DNA of 64,000 nucleotides from Phycisphaerales bacterium (GTDB lineage Bacteria; Planctomycetota; Phycisphaerae; Phycisphaerales; UBA1924): NCBI GenBank assembly GCA_965227775.1, contig OZ245777.1, positions 128,001 to 192,000 of the forward strand, read 5' to 3'. Shown piece by piece: positions 20,168 to 30,137 of this stretch (position 1 is its first letter; each line of letters starts with the position of its first letter). The notes under the pieces were generated by a model. It saw only the letters and a program-made list of their open reading frames with translations, ran no database searches and was not told where the DNA came from. The position numbers and the translations under genes were made by a program.

Positions 20168-20761
20168 ATGGCGTGGATCCCCAAGCCCTCGGCGACGACC
20201 CAGATCGAGCGGCGCGACGAGCCTTATCTGACCCAGGCCATGCGCGACGAGCTCGCTGAGCGGTACCTGCCCCGCTTTGAGACGAAGCTTGCGGCGTTGC
20301 TGCCGGCCCTGCACATGATCCAGCACGAGTACCACTGGGTGCCACCGCAGGCGATGGAAGAAATCGCCGCGTTCCTCGAACTCTCGCCGGCGGACGTAAT
20401 GGACACGGCCAGTTTTTATGAGGAGTACGCCCTGGCGCCGCGGGGGCGCCACATCATCGGTGTGTGCCGATCGATCGCGTGCGAATTCTGCGGCCAGCCC
20501 GAGGTAAGCCAGGCCATCAAGGACGCGCTCGACATCGACGTGGGCGAAACCACCAAGGACGACAAGGTGTGCCTCGTCGAGCTCGAGTGCATCGGCTCGT
20601 GTGGCACGGCGCCGGTCGCGCTGTACGACGAAGAGCTGCACGAGCAGCTGACGCCCGAGCGGGCCGCACAGCTTGCCAAGCAGTTGCAGACTTCAGACGA
20701 TGCACCCAAGGCGACCGGCCGGGAGGGGCTGAGCCCCGAGGCCGTCAGCATTCCCGACTGA
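20168..20761 (+). CDS. nuoE: NADH-quinone oxidoreductase subunit E (2Fe-2S)
   Basis: LLPALHMIQ, ASFY, CRSIAC and ECIGSCGTAP cysteine ligands. Confidence 0.88.
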   Translation: MAWIPKPSATTQIERRDEPYLTQAMRDELAERYLPRFETKLAALLPALHMIQHEYHWVPPQAMEEIAAFLELSPADVMDTASFYEEYALAPRGRHIIGVCRSIACEFCGQPEVSQAIKDALDIDVGETTKDDKVCLVELECIGSCGTAPVALYDEELHEQLTPERAAQLAKQLQTSDDAPKATGREGLSPEAVSIPD

Positions 20762-21337
20762 TCACGCGCCGACGGGAGGGGCGTCCTCATGTTCGGCAGC
20801 GACTTGATCGAGTCGATCGGGCCCCGGTTCGGGAAGGTCGGCCGCGAGCCCGATCGCCCTCGCGAGTTCATCGCTGCGCAGACTACCAATGAGCATGGAT
20901 TTGTCTTTGCCGCCAGCGGTGTAATGCACGTGGACGCCGCGGTCTCCGCTGATGTTGAGCACCCAGCCGAACTTGCGGGAGATGCGCACGCCCCAGCCGC
21001 CGCAGTCGCCGATCGGGTTGTACTTGATGGCCTCGGCTTTGCGCACGCCTCCGATGGGCACGACGAACTGGAAGAACACCAGCGCCCGCACGCGAATCTC
21101 CCGTTCACTGACCGTTGTAAACATGGGCAGCTGCATGAGCAAGAGCGGCAGTCCGAACCCCAGAACTACGACCAATGCGAGTACGCCGGCCGACTGGCCG
21201 CTGGCAACCATGACCGCCACAACCAGGATGACCGACGACAGGGTGGTCACGGGCACGAGGTAGCGAACGATCGTATTCTGATGCAACCGCTGGGTTTCCT
21301 GGAAGATCGCGTCGTCTTGCGTCGTCGTGTCTTGCAT
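20762..21337 (-). CDS. Membrane protein with two TM helices and bacterial PH-like domain
   Basis: FQETQR, two TM helices, GGWGVR, NISGDRGV, LIGS...EL. Confidence 0.65.
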   Translation of the reverse strand: MQDTTTQDDAIFQETQRLHQNTIVRYLVPVTTLSSVILVVAVMVASGQSAGVLALVVVLGFGLPLLLMQLPMFTTVSEREIRVRALVFFQFVVPIGGVRKAEAIKYNPIGDCGGWGVRISRKFGWVLNISGDRGVHVHYTAGGKDKSMLIGSLRSDELARAIGLAADLPEPGPDRLDQVAAEHEDAPPVGA

Positions 21338-21352
21338 GGGTGGCACGCTCCC

Positions 21353-21853
21353 TTGCATCGGGTGTTCGCTTGTCTTGTTCCGAGTCTACTGCTGGTGCTT
21401 TCGGCGTGTGGTGGGCCTCGGCTGACCATTATCAACGAATCGAGCGCCTGGCTGCGGCTGCACGCGGGCTCGGAGGTCGACGCACGCCAGGCCTACATCA
21501 CCGGGCCACTGGCCAGCGATGGCACGGTGACGTTCGGCGTGCCCCCGGGCGCCCGCCACGAGCAGCAATTGGAGCGTGGCGGCTCGATCTTCATCCAGCG
21601 GCGGCTAGGCGTGGTGATGAACCTGACCGCCGGACCCAAGCCCGGCAGCGGCGACACGCGCAACCCGTCGTTTACGACCGCGTTTAGTGTGCGCTTGCCG
21701 CCGCCTGGCCCGTACGTGCTCAAGATCACCGGGCAGCCGGGCACCGTGGAGATCTCGCGCGTGGATGCCAACGGCGAGCCGCTGCCCGAAGATCGCGCGA
21801 GCATCCTGCCGACAGCAGCGCTCATGCAATGGGAGATGCTGCCGTCGCGGTAG
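21353..21853 (+). CDS. Hypothetical lipoprotein
   Basis: Lipobox LLLVLSAC followed by beta-rich domain; start approximate. Confidence 0.6.
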   Translation: MHRVFACLVPSLLLVLSACGGPRLTIINESSAWLRLHAGSEVDARQAYITGPLASDGTVTFGVPPGARHEQQLERGGSIFIQRRLGVVMNLTAGPKPGSGDTRNPSFTTAFSVRLPPPGPYVLKITGQPGTVEISRVDANGEPLPEDRASILPTAALMQWEMLPSR

Positions 21854-22023
21854 CGCGCCCTACCACCGCTCGAGCATCGCGCTGCAATGTGCGAACAGGA
21901 ATTCAGCATCGTGTGGTGTCCGCAAGTCGACATCAAAGTTTGTGAGTGCTCCTCGATTCGCTCGCTCCTGAAGTTGCGGGACCTCATCCGAGTCGTCCCC
22001 AATCTGAACTAAAGGAGCAAGCC

Positions 22024-23235
22024 ATGCTGACCCATGCACGCACGATCGTGACGGCAACCATCACCCTTGCGCTGGCGGGGGCGTCTATCGGGTATAGCCA
22101 GACCATCACGTCTGTCGAGCGTGTGAACTCGGCGGGCGAATCTGGCTACACCGGTGGGGTGTACTTCCCGAGCCGGCCCAAGGTCGAAGCGTTCACGCTC
22201 GTGTGTCCGAGCGACACCTTCTCCAAGGAGATCATGTCCGAGGCGAGCGTGGTCTGGAACGCGTCCGCGGGAACGTCGGCCGGCGTCGAGTGGGGGCCGG
22301 TACAGGCTTCCGTCGAGGCGCGGATGGGCGTGGAGATCGGCGAAAAGAAGTCGATCACGCGCACGTACAACTACGGGCCCATCCCTTGGTACAGCCGGCG
22401 GTACTGCATCTTCGTGTCCTATGGCAAGTTCAGGATCAAGGGCACCGACCGCAGCGGAAGGGCCTTCGACATGAACATCTTCATTCCCGAGGGGACGTTC
22501 ACCAAGACGACGCGTGTGGCACCCGACTGCCCGTGCCAGGAGGTATCGCGCGCGGCGGACGAGGCGCGCAGCTACGCCGATAGCTTCCCGCCCTCGAGCC
22601 CGGCGCACGCGCTGATCTCCGCCGGCGCCGCGTCGATCGAGTCGGCGGGCTTTGGCGGATACGAGGCGCTCGCTACCGGGCTCGTCTCAGCAGTCGGCCC
22701 GTTCTCCGAGGCGGTCGTCCATGGGGCCGACGAGGTGATCCTCAACGACTTCCTGCTGACCGCATCGACGGCGCTCGAGGTCGGTGTCGAAGGCGAGCTG
22801 TCGTACCTGGCGAGCAGCGATCCCTCGACCGGCGGGGCGTACACCGACCCGGACGTTGTTGTGCAGACGGTGGCCGCCGCGGCCGCACAGGACTTCCTGG
22901 ATCAGGGCCGTGCGATCGCGCATGCACCAGGACCGCTTGACCGGTGGTTCGAGGCGCTCCAGCAATACGAGATGGCGGTGCAGTCGGTGTTTACCGCGGG
23001 CGACGAGCTCGTCCCCCAGATGGAGGACTCGTCGTGCGCGGGCGCGGGATCGATCCCCGGTTCCTGCTGCCAGGCCGATCTCGATCTCGATGGGCGGCTG
23101 ACGATCTTCGACTTCCTGGTGTTCCAGAACCTGTTCGCCACGGGCGACCTCACCGCGGACTTCGATGGCGACGGCGCGCTCACGCTGTTCGACTTCCTCG
23201 CATTCCAGAACGCGTTCGATGCCGGTTGCCCGTGA
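22024..23235 (+). CDS. Secreted protein with C-terminal GC-type dockerin anchor
   Basis: SD AAGGAG, signal peptide, C-terminal CQADLDLDGRLTIFDFLVFQNLF...DFLAFQNAFDAGCP. Confidence 0.85.
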   Translation: MLTHARTIVTATITLALAGASIGYSQTITSVERVNSAGESGYTGGVYFPSRPKVEAFTLVCPSDTFSKEIMSEASVVWNASAGTSAGVEWGPVQASVEARMGVEIGEKKSITRTYNYGPIPWYSRRYCIFVSYGKFRIKGTDRSGRAFDMNIFIPEGTFTKTTRVAPDCPCQEVSRAADEARSYADSFPPSSPAHALISAGAASIESAGFGGYEALATGLVSAVGPFSEAVVHGADEVILNDFLLTASTALEVGVEGELSYLASSDPSTGGAYTDPDVVVQTVAAAAAQDFLDQGRAIAHAPGPLDRWFEALQQYEMAVQSVFTAGDELVPQMEDSSCAGAGSIPGSCCQADLDLDGRLTIFDFLVFQNLFATGDLTADFDGDGALTLFDFLAFQNAFDAGCP

Positions 23236-23308
23236 GCCGGCCCGGATGCCCGAACGTTGATCCCTCTCCTGGCGCCCGCAGCCGAACGATTGCGGGCGTC
23301 CGTTCACG

Positions 23309-24202
23309 CTACGAGCGGGCGCGCCAGAGCAATTCGGCGTGGCTGCGGTAGTGCGAGGGCTTCTGCGCGTAGAGGCGGCGGCCCAGATCGAAGGCTTCGG
23401 CCTCGATTGCCTGGCAGCGCTCGGAGATTCTTTGGTGCAGTTGCTTGCGGAGTTGGGCGTTCACGGCTGGCTCGCCGGCATCGATGGAATCGATGGCATC
23501 GGCCAGCATGGCAAGGTCGTGGTGGTCGCCCAGCAGGTCGCTCAGCCGCTTGGCCTGCCCCCGGACGGGCTCGATGACCGGCGCAAACAGGCCGCGGAGC
23601 AGGCGGAGATGGGTGCGGTTGTACTTCACGAGCTTGCGCCACTCGTGCAGGTTGTCGATGCTTGGCTTCTTGATAGCGCACTGCATCGCCGACTGGCAGC
23701 GGGCGTAGGTCCTCTCCAGCCCTGGGCCGATGGCGTCGAAGCCCTGGTCTTCGAGCGTCCACTTGCGGGCGCGTTGCCTTGCTTCGGCCATGCGCTTCGC
23801 GAATGCCTGCAGTCGTTCGCCGGTGTCGGATGACAACTCGGCGCGTTCGGTTGCGAGCGCGCCGCGGACGGGCGCGAACCGCTCGGTGTCGTCTTCGGTC
23901 AACGCATCGAACGCATCGAGCACGGTGGTCGCGTCGCGTAAGTCAGCCAGCAATCGAGCGGCCGTGCGGAAGGCGGCGTTCTCACGCTGGTATCCATCGA
24001 AGCTCGGGCGAACCAGGCGGATCAGTGCACGCAGTTCCTTGCAGCGCTTGCGTGCGTCGTGCACGGCGAGGTCGATGTTCTCCCGCGAGGCTTCCGTGGT
24101 ACGCGCGGGGTCTACGACGGCGATCGCCTTGTCGATCCGCTCGACCGCGATGCGCCGCACGCCGGCGCGAACTTTCTCGGATTGGGTGAACTGGAACCCC
24201 AT
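23309..24202 (-). CDS. CHAD domain protein (polyphosphate-binding)
   Basis: VHDARKRCKELRALIRL, LADLRDA, LHEWRKLVK, LSDLLGDHHDL. Confidence 0.9.
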   Translation of the reverse strand: MGFQFTQSEKVRAGVRRIAVERIDKAIAVVDPARTTEASRENIDLAVHDARKRCKELRALIRLVRPSFDGYQRENAAFRTAARLLADLRDATTVLDAFDALTEDDTERFAPVRGALATERAELSSDTGERLQAFAKRMAEARQRARKWTLEDQGFDAIGPGLERTYARCQSAMQCAIKKPSIDNLHEWRKLVKYNRTHLRLLRGLFAPVIEPVRGQAKRLSDLLGDHHDLAMLADAIDSIDAGEPAVNAQLRKQLHQRISERCQAIEAEAFDLGRRLYAQKPSHYRSHAELLWRARS

Positions 24203-24251
24203 CGCTCCCTCCCGCAGGAAGGCTAGGAGTCGGGAGCGATGGCGATGCGGC

Positions 24252-24818
24252 CTAGCTGTGCAGGCCGGGAACCTTGCCCTGCCGCCGCTCGGCGCTGTAG
24301 CGGTTTAGGGCATTCTCGATGATCGGGTGGGCCGCCTCGGCGGGCATGATCTCGTCGACCTCGACGTCCTTGCTCTCCAAGACCTTGTAGTCCTCGAGGA
24401 AGCGTTTGAGCATCTTGAAGGTGTGCCGCGGGAAGTCGCTGGCGCTCTTGTAGTCGTCGTAGATGGGGTCCTGCTCGAGCACGGCGATGATCTTGTGGTC
24501 GGCCTGCCCCTCATCGATCATGCTCATGAGCCCCACCGCCCGTGCCTGCACGAGGCACATGGGCACGACCTCCTCGGCGCTGAACACCAGCACGTCGAGC
24601 GGATCGTCGTCGTCGGCGAGCGTCTGTGGGATGAAGCCGTAGTTGGCCGGGTAGTAGACGGCGCTGCTGAGGACACGGTCGAGCTTGAGCATGCCGCTGG
24701 TCTTGTCCAGCTCGTACTTGTTGTGGCTGCCCTTGGGGATCTCAATGACCGCGCGGAAGTGCCCGGGCAGGGGATGGATGCCGGAGCCGGGGGTGACGTC
24801 GTGCCAGGGATGGATCAT
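24252..24818 (-). CDS. ppa: Family I inorganic pyrophosphatase
   Basis: HPWHD, EIPKGSHNKYE, LDRVL, YPANYGFIPQT, DDDPLDVLV, DHKIIAV. Confidence 0.95.
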   Translation of the reverse strand: MIHPWHDVTPGSGIHPLPGHFRAVIEIPKGSHNKYELDKTSGMLKLDRVLSSAVYYPANYGFIPQTLADDDDPLDVLVFSAEEVVPMCLVQARAVGLMSMIDEGQADHKIIAVLEQDPIYDDYKSASDFPRHTFKMLKRFLEDYKVLESKDVEVDEIMPAEAAHPIIENALNRYSAERRQGKVPGLHS

Positions 24819-25236
24819 GGGCATGGAGGGTAGGGGGAATCTGGGTCGGCCGCCGGGTCCGAAGGTCGCGGCACTTGCCGCATAAGAGCGCCTAGTTGGG
24901 GCATCGGCGGCATCGTGCGACGGCTTCAGCCAAAATCGCTGGGCGGCGGGAGATCGTGGGTTACCGAACGCGCGGGCGGGGGTTCGACGAGCCTTTCCTC
25001 CGCGGACCTGTCCTGCTGGGGAGGTGCGCGCCGTGCGCGACACCGAGGCCAATCGCGGGCGCTGACCTTGCCTCGCATCTCGAAGCTGGGCGCGGGCGGT
25101 GCGAATCGGCTGTGACCCACGCGAAATCGCGAACGCCAGGAGCACTCGGCGGGCTCGGCGTGATCGCATCGCCGGAGCAAACCAGCCGGCTGCGTGACAC
25201 CTGCGACCCGCGCGCCGACCGCCCACCGGGGCCGAT

Positions 25237-25252
25237 TCCCAACATCTTGTGG
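25237..25252 (+). promoter_or_regulatory. Candidate NrdR box
   Basis: TCCCAACATCTTGTGG resembles the NrdR-box consensus acaCwAtATaTwGtgt and lies ~70 nt upstream of nrdR. Confidence 0.6.
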
Positions 25253-25319
25253 CACTCCAAGCCCCGACCTACCATGGGCGGAGCCGCCGTACCGAGGGAC
25301 GACCGCACCCCACCGAAGC

Positions 25320-25841
25320 ATGATCTGCCCCTTCTGCAGCCATAACGACGACAAGGTCATCGACTCGCGGCCGGCCGAGAGCGGACGGGCCATCCGCCGG
25401 CGGCGGGTGTGCAACCAGTGCGATCGGCGGTTCACCACCTACGAGCGGGTCGAGCAGCAGGCGCGGCTGGCGGTCGTGAAGCGCGACGGCAGCCGCGTGC
25501 CCTTCGACCCCGACACGGTGCTGCGGGGCATCCAGGCGGCCTGCGGCAAGCGGCCCATTCCCGAAGCGGCCAAGGCGGGCATCGTCGAGGCCGTCGAGGA
25601 CGAGCTGCACCAGACCTACGAGCAGGAGGTCGAGAGCAGCGTCATCGGCGAGCTGGTGATGGCCCGGCTCCGTGAGGTAGACGACGTTGCGTACATCCGC
25701 TTTGCCAGCGAGTACCACCAGTTCATGAGCGTGACCGAGTTGCAGCGCGAGCTGGATCAACTGCGAACGCGGCCCAGGGAAGTGAAAGACCAGCAAGCCC
25801 TGTTCGAGACCGGCGGAGATGGTGCGGCTCCGCCCCGATGA
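25320..25841 (+). CDS. nrdR: Transcriptional repressor NrdR
   Basis: MICPFC...KVIDSR...IRRRRVCNQCDRRFTTYE Zn ribbon; ATP cone VVKRDG; VAYIRFAS. Confidence 0.97.
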   Translation: MICPFCSHNDDKVIDSRPAESGRAIRRRRVCNQCDRRFTTYERVEQQARLAVVKRDGSRVPFDPDTVLRGIQAACGKRPIPEAAKAGIVEAVEDELHQTYEQEVESSVIGELVMARLREVDDVAYIRFASEYHQFMSVTELQRELDQLRTRPREVKDQQALFETGGDGAAPPR

Positions 25842-25879
25842 GGACCCCTCCTCCACCACCTTGCTGATAGGATTCAGTC

Positions 25880-26377
25880 ATGGACCAGCAACGCACGGAT
25901 GGCGTGGTACGCAAGAGGATCGCGATGGCTGCGCTGGGGGCCGGCATGCTGTCGGTGGTGGCGTGCTCGAGCACGCCGGCGCCGCGACCGCTGCCCGAGC
26001 CCCGATCGCAACAAGTCTCGCAATCGGGTTCGCAACGAGCGACGCCGCTTGCCGAACGCCCAACGGCAGCCGAGCCCGAGCGTGCTGATGCGTCGACGCC
26101 GCAAACGCAGTCTGCGCCCATTCCCACCCAGCTGGAGCCCGCACGCTCGGCCGCCGAGACGGTCCCGCCTACGTGGTTCCGCGACGGGGCCTTCGAGATC
26201 GATGGTCGAGAGCATCGGGCGTTCGCCGTAACGGCCGGCGACGTGCGCGCGGCCCGCGGCCGGGCGATGGCCCTCGCCTACGAGCGATATCCGCAGGGCC
26301 ACGTGGCGGCGCACGAGGCGGTTCGGCAGGCAGACGGGAGCTGGCGCTTTTTTGTCCTGATGGCCGCTGGCGGGTAA
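25880..26377 (+). CDS. Hypothetical lipoprotein
   Basis: Lipobox VVAC, Pro/Gln linker, small C-terminal domain (PTWF). Confidence 0.65.
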   Translation: MDQQRTDGVVRKRIAMAALGAGMLSVVACSSTPAPRPLPEPRSQQVSQSGSQRATPLAERPTAAEPERADASTPQTQSAPIPTQLEPARSAAETVPPTWFRDGAFEIDGREHRAFAVTAGDVRAARGRAMALAYERYPQGHVAAHEAVRQADGSWRFFVLMAAGG

Positions 26378-26482
26378 GCAACGGGCAGCTTGCAGGGCTT
26401 CGGGCCGCGCTCACCGCCGCCGGGCCGTGCCATCTTGCGAGCGGCCCCATGCGGGCGGCTTTTCACGCGCATCGGAGGCAGC

Positions 26483-27901
26483 ATGTCCGAACCCGGCACG
26501 ACGCTCGAGTCCCCGCAAGTCGTTGAAGCGAACAAGGGAGCCCCGGAGGAGGCCATCCTCGACGGGGCGGTCGAACGCGGCGATGGCGGTGTGTGCTGCG
26601 ACTGGCTCGAGAGCGCCAGCACCGAGCAGACGATCCACGCCGTCAGCGCGATGGACACCAGCGAGCAGGCAAGGCTGCTCGCGCTGCTGCCAGCGGACAC
26701 GGCGGCCGAAGTGTGCGAAGCGCTGCCGCGCGTGCAGGCGGCGGGCGCGCTTGCTGCGCTCGGCCAGCTCGACCACGAGAAGGCCGCCGACATTCTCGAA
26801 GCGATGACCAGCGACGACCGGGCCGACCTGGTCGCCGCGATCAATGAGGACGAGGCGCACGCCATCCTGGCGGCCATGCCCGCCGAGGTTGCCGACGAGA
26901 CGCGTCGCCTTGCGAGCTACGAGGAGGACTCGGCCGGCGGGCTGATGCTCACCGAGTTTCTCGCCTTCAACGAGTCCATGACGGTTCGCGATGTGCTCGC
27001 CGACATGGAAGAGAACGCCGAGCGATATCGCGACTACAACATCCAGTACTCGTACGTGGTCGACGCGGCCGGCTCGCTCCGGGGCGTCATTCCCATCCGC
27101 AGGCTGCTCATGGCCCGTCGGACGACACCGGTCGCCGAGATCATGGTGAAGGACCCGGTGTCGGTTGCCGACACGACCGACTTCGATGCGCTGCGCGGCG
27201 TGTTTGACGACCACGGCTTCCTGGCGTTCCCCGTGGTAGACGGCCAGCATCGATTGCTTGGCGTTGTCGAGCGAAGCGCGGTGAGCGAGGCGGCGCTGGA
27301 AGACGCCGATGACATGTACCGCGCCAGCCAGGGTATCGTGGGTGGCGAGGAGCTCCGCTCGATGCCGCTGACGTTGCGCAGCCGCCGGCGTCTGGCGTGG
27401 CTGAGCATCAACATCGTGCTGAACATCGCCGCCGCGAGCGTCATCGCGTTCCATCAGGAGACGCTCGAGGCCGTCATCGCGCTGGCGGTGTTCCTGCCGA
27501 TCATCTCGGACATGAGTGGCTGCTCAGGCAACCAGGCGGTGGCGGTGAGCATGCGGGAGCTGACGCTCGGTGTGACGCGACCGCGGGACATCTTCCGTGT
27601 TCTGTTCAAGGAGTGCAGCGTCGGCATCATCAACGGGATCATCCTGGGCATCCTGATCGGCGGCGTTGCGTTCTTGTGGCAGGGCAATATTGCGCTCAGC
27701 CTGGTTGTCGGCAGCGCTCTGGCGGCGAACACGCTGATCGCGGTTTGCATCGGCGGCGGCGTGCCGCTTCTACTCAAGGGCTTCAAGACCGACCCTGCCC
27801 TCGCGAGCGGACCGATCCTCACGACCATCACCGACATGTGCGGCTTCCTGATCGTGCTCACCCTGGCGAGCGCAGCGATGGGGTACCTGACGGCTGGATG
27901 A
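26483..27901 (+). CDS. mgtE: Magnesium transporter MgtE
   Basis: YEEDSAGGLM, CBS pair, RRLAWL, FLPII..MSG.SGNQA, DPALASGPILTTITD. Confidence 0.93.
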   Translation: MSEPGTTLESPQVVEANKGAPEEAILDGAVERGDGGVCCDWLESASTEQTIHAVSAMDTSEQARLLALLPADTAAEVCEALPRVQAAGALAALGQLDHEKAADILEAMTSDDRADLVAAINEDEAHAILAAMPAEVADETRRLASYEEDSAGGLMLTEFLAFNESMTVRDVLADMEENAERYRDYNIQYSYVVDAAGSLRGVIPIRRLLMARRTTPVAEIMVKDPVSVADTTDFDALRGVFDDHGFLAFPVVDGQHRLLGVVERSAVSEAALEDADDMYRASQGIVGGEELRSMPLTLRSRRRLAWLSINIVLNIAAASVIAFHQETLEAVIALAVFLPIISDMSGCSGNQAVAVSMRELTLGVTRPRDIFRVLFKECSVGIINGIILGILIGGVAFLWQGNIALSLVVGSALAANTLIAVCIGGGVPLLLKGFKTDPALASGPILTTITDMCGFLIVLTLASAAMGYLTAG

Positions 27902-28095
27902 TCGAAACGGCGAGCGGACGAATCCCAACAACATGGCGACGCACCCTCGATCCTGGGAGGACCCTCGCCATGCCCGCCGCCATGACCTGCTGCCACGCCG
28001 CCCCGCCGCCGCTTCCCGCCGAGGCCGAGCAAGCCCCTGGGGGGTCGAAGCGTCGCGGCCGCTGCCAGGCGATGACCGCCTCGCCCGGCCGGGCG

Positions 28096-28389
28096 ATGAT
28101 GGTCGTCATGACCCTTGCAACCGCGCTGGCGACGGTGGTCGCCCTGGGCCAGTTGGCCGACGGCGGCTCGGGTGAGCAGGCGGGCGAGACGCTGTTCATC
28201 GTTTCGGCGTTCAACCTGGTGTTCACGGCGCTCTTCGCGCCGCTGGTGGCGATCTTCACCCTCCGCTCTGGCTTCTGCCGCGCCATCGGGTCGTTCTTCA
28301 GCACCATCTTCACGGGCATCGCCCTGACGCTGGGGCTGCTCTTCATGAGCGTCACGATCCTGTTCGGGCTGTCGGCCGTGTTTGGCTGA
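28096..28389 (+). CDS. Small hypothetical membrane protein
   Basis: Two to three hydrophobic segments at the 3' end of ORF 27397..28389; start uncertain. Confidence 0.5.
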   Translation: MMVVMTLATALATVVALGQLADGGSGEQAGETLFIVSAFNLVFTALFAPLVAIFTLRSGFCRAIGSFFSTIFTGIALTLGLLFMSVTILFGLSAVFG

Positions 28390-28446
28390 ACAACGAGCGA
28401 TCACCCTGCCGGTCGAGATAACCCGCAACGCCCGATACACTGGTTT

Positions 28447-29517
28447 GTGCCCGAGACCGAGCCGAGCAAAGCACCGAAGACCGAAGGGCCGATAGAAGCT
28501 CGTGCGTCCGGTGAGGGCGGTGAAGCTCACTGTTCTTCGAACGGCGCGACGCCGGCTTCGCCCAATGCCAGCCCGGTGACGCCCAGTGCGCACATCGCGG
28601 ACATCTTCCGCCAGGACGGCACGACGGCGAGCTTCGAGTTCTTTCCACCCAAGAACGCCGAAGCCGCCGAGAAGCTATATCAGGCCATTAGCGACCTAGA
28701 AGAGCTTCGCCCGAGCTTCGTGTCGGTGACCTATGGCGCCGGCGGCAGCACGCGTGAGCTCACAAGGGAACTCGTCCTGCGCATCCGTCGCGAGACGCCG
28801 CTGCATCCGGTTCCCCACATGACGGGCGTGTGCCACACGCCGCAGGAATTGGACGAGATGCTCGAGGACTACGCCCGTGCTGGCGTACGCAACATCATGG
28901 CACTTGGAGGCGATCCTCCGCTCCATGATGGGATCCCTCGGGGCAGGCGCGAGGGCGAAGACCCCTTCGCCCACTTTCGCTACGGCGTTGACGTAGTCCG
29001 CGCAATTCGCTCGTACTCGGACAAGAACCTTGGCGCGGACCGTGCCTTTGGCATTGGCGTTGGTGGGTACCCGGAGGGCCACGCCGCGACGCCCAACCGC
29101 CTGAAAGAGATGGACCATCTCAAGGCCAAGGTCGACGCTGGGGCCGACTTCATCATCACCCAGCTGTTCTTCGACAACCACGACTTCTACGACTTCCGCG
29201 AGCGGTGCGAGCTCGCGGGCATCCGCATCCCTGTCGTGGCGGGCGTCATGCCCATCACGAGCACGAAGGGCATGGATCGCATGGCCGAGCTTGCAGCGGG
29301 CAGCCGGTTCCCAGCGCCGCTGCTGCGGGCACTGCGGCGTGCTGGCGACGATCCCGATCTGATCCGCCGAGTGGGCTTGCACTGGGCCACCGAGCAGTGC
29401 CGCGACCTGCTCGATCACAAGGTTGCCGGGCTGCATCTCTACACGCTCAACAAGAGCACGGCCACGCGTGAGATCTATCGCACGCTTGGAGTCAAAGACT
29501 CGCGGTCATTGTCTTGA
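28447..29517 (+). CDS. metF: 5,10-methylenetetrahydrofolate reductase
   Basis: SFEFFPPK, FVSVTYGAGGST, ALGGDPP, GYPEGH, AGADFIITQLFF, HLYTLN. Confidence 0.96.
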   Translation: MPETEPSKAPKTEGPIEARASGEGGEAHCSSNGATPASPNASPVTPSAHIADIFRQDGTTASFEFFPPKNAEAAEKLYQAISDLEELRPSFVSVTYGAGGSTRELTRELVLRIRRETPLHPVPHMTGVCHTPQELDEMLEDYARAGVRNIMALGGDPPLHDGIPRGRREGEDPFAHFRYGVDVVRAIRSYSDKNLGADRAFGIGVGGYPEGHAATPNRLKEMDHLKAKVDAGADFIITQLFFDNHDFYDFRERCELAGIRIPVVAGVMPITSTKGMDRMAELAAGSRFPAPLLRALRRAGDDPDLIRRVGLHWATEQCRDLLDHKVAGLHLYTLNKSTATREIYRTLGVKDSRSLS

Positions 29518-30137
29518 CACGGGAGCTATTGAGTGTGCCGGCCGACCATGCAGCGCGCACGCTGCTTGGGTGGGTGCTTTGTCGCAGGCTCCAAGAAGGC
29601 GACGAGCTCCGCGGGCGCATCGTCGAGACCGAGGCCTATCTCGGCATCGAAGACGAGGCCGCGCATACGTACCGAGGGCGGCGAACGAAACGCAACGAGT
29701 CGATGTACGCCCAGCCTGGCACGGCGTACGTGTACTTCACGTACGGCATGCACTGGTGCATGAATGTGGCGTGCGCGAGCGAGGGCGATCCGCAAGCGGT
29801 GCTGCTTCGGGCGATCGAGCCGGTCGAGAACGCCGCTCGGATGGATGAATTGCGTCGCCGAAGTCCGAAGGCGGCGGCGAAACTGGCTGAGCACAAGATC
29901 GGCTCAGGGCCCGCCCGCCTGTGCGCGGCGCTGGGCATCGATCGAGACTGCGACGGGCGTGACCTGCTCGAACCGCCGAAGGCTGGCGAGCCGCTCTGGC
30001 TCGAGCCGGGCGATGCGGACGGGAAAATTTTGCTCGGCCCGCGGATCGGCATCGACCGTGTCGGAGATCGCTGGCGAGAGGCACCGCTCCGATTCGGCAT
30101 TGCTGGAAGCAGCTCGCTGAGCCGGCCGTTCCCCTGA
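29514..30137 (+). CDS. mpg: DNA-3-methyladenine glycosylase (MPG/AAG family)
   Basis: GRIVETEAY, YVYFTYGMHWCMN, AVLLRAIEP, GPARLCAALGI, RIGI. Confidence 0.93.
   Translation: MTRELLSVPADHAARTLLGWVLCRRLQEGDELRGRIVETEAYLGIEDEAAHTYRGRRTKRNESMYAQPGTAYVYFTYGMHWCMNVACASEGDPQAVLLRAIEPVENAARMDELRRRSPKAAAKLAEHKIGSGPARLCAALGIDRDCDGRDLLEPPKAGEPLWLEPGDADGKILLGPRIGIDRVGDRWREAPLRFGIAGSSSLSRPFP

Noticed and set aside
25085..25140. Cobalamin-riboswitch-like GGTGCGAATC upstream of nrdR
   Set aside because: Lacks AGGGAA, CTGT and the GCCACTG B12 box.
28390..28580. Possible SAM/SAH riboswitch before metF
   Set aside because: Core SAM-I (ATC.AGAG...GCAACC...GGTGC) and SAH motifs not found; the region reads as a leaderless start plus a disordered N-terminus.
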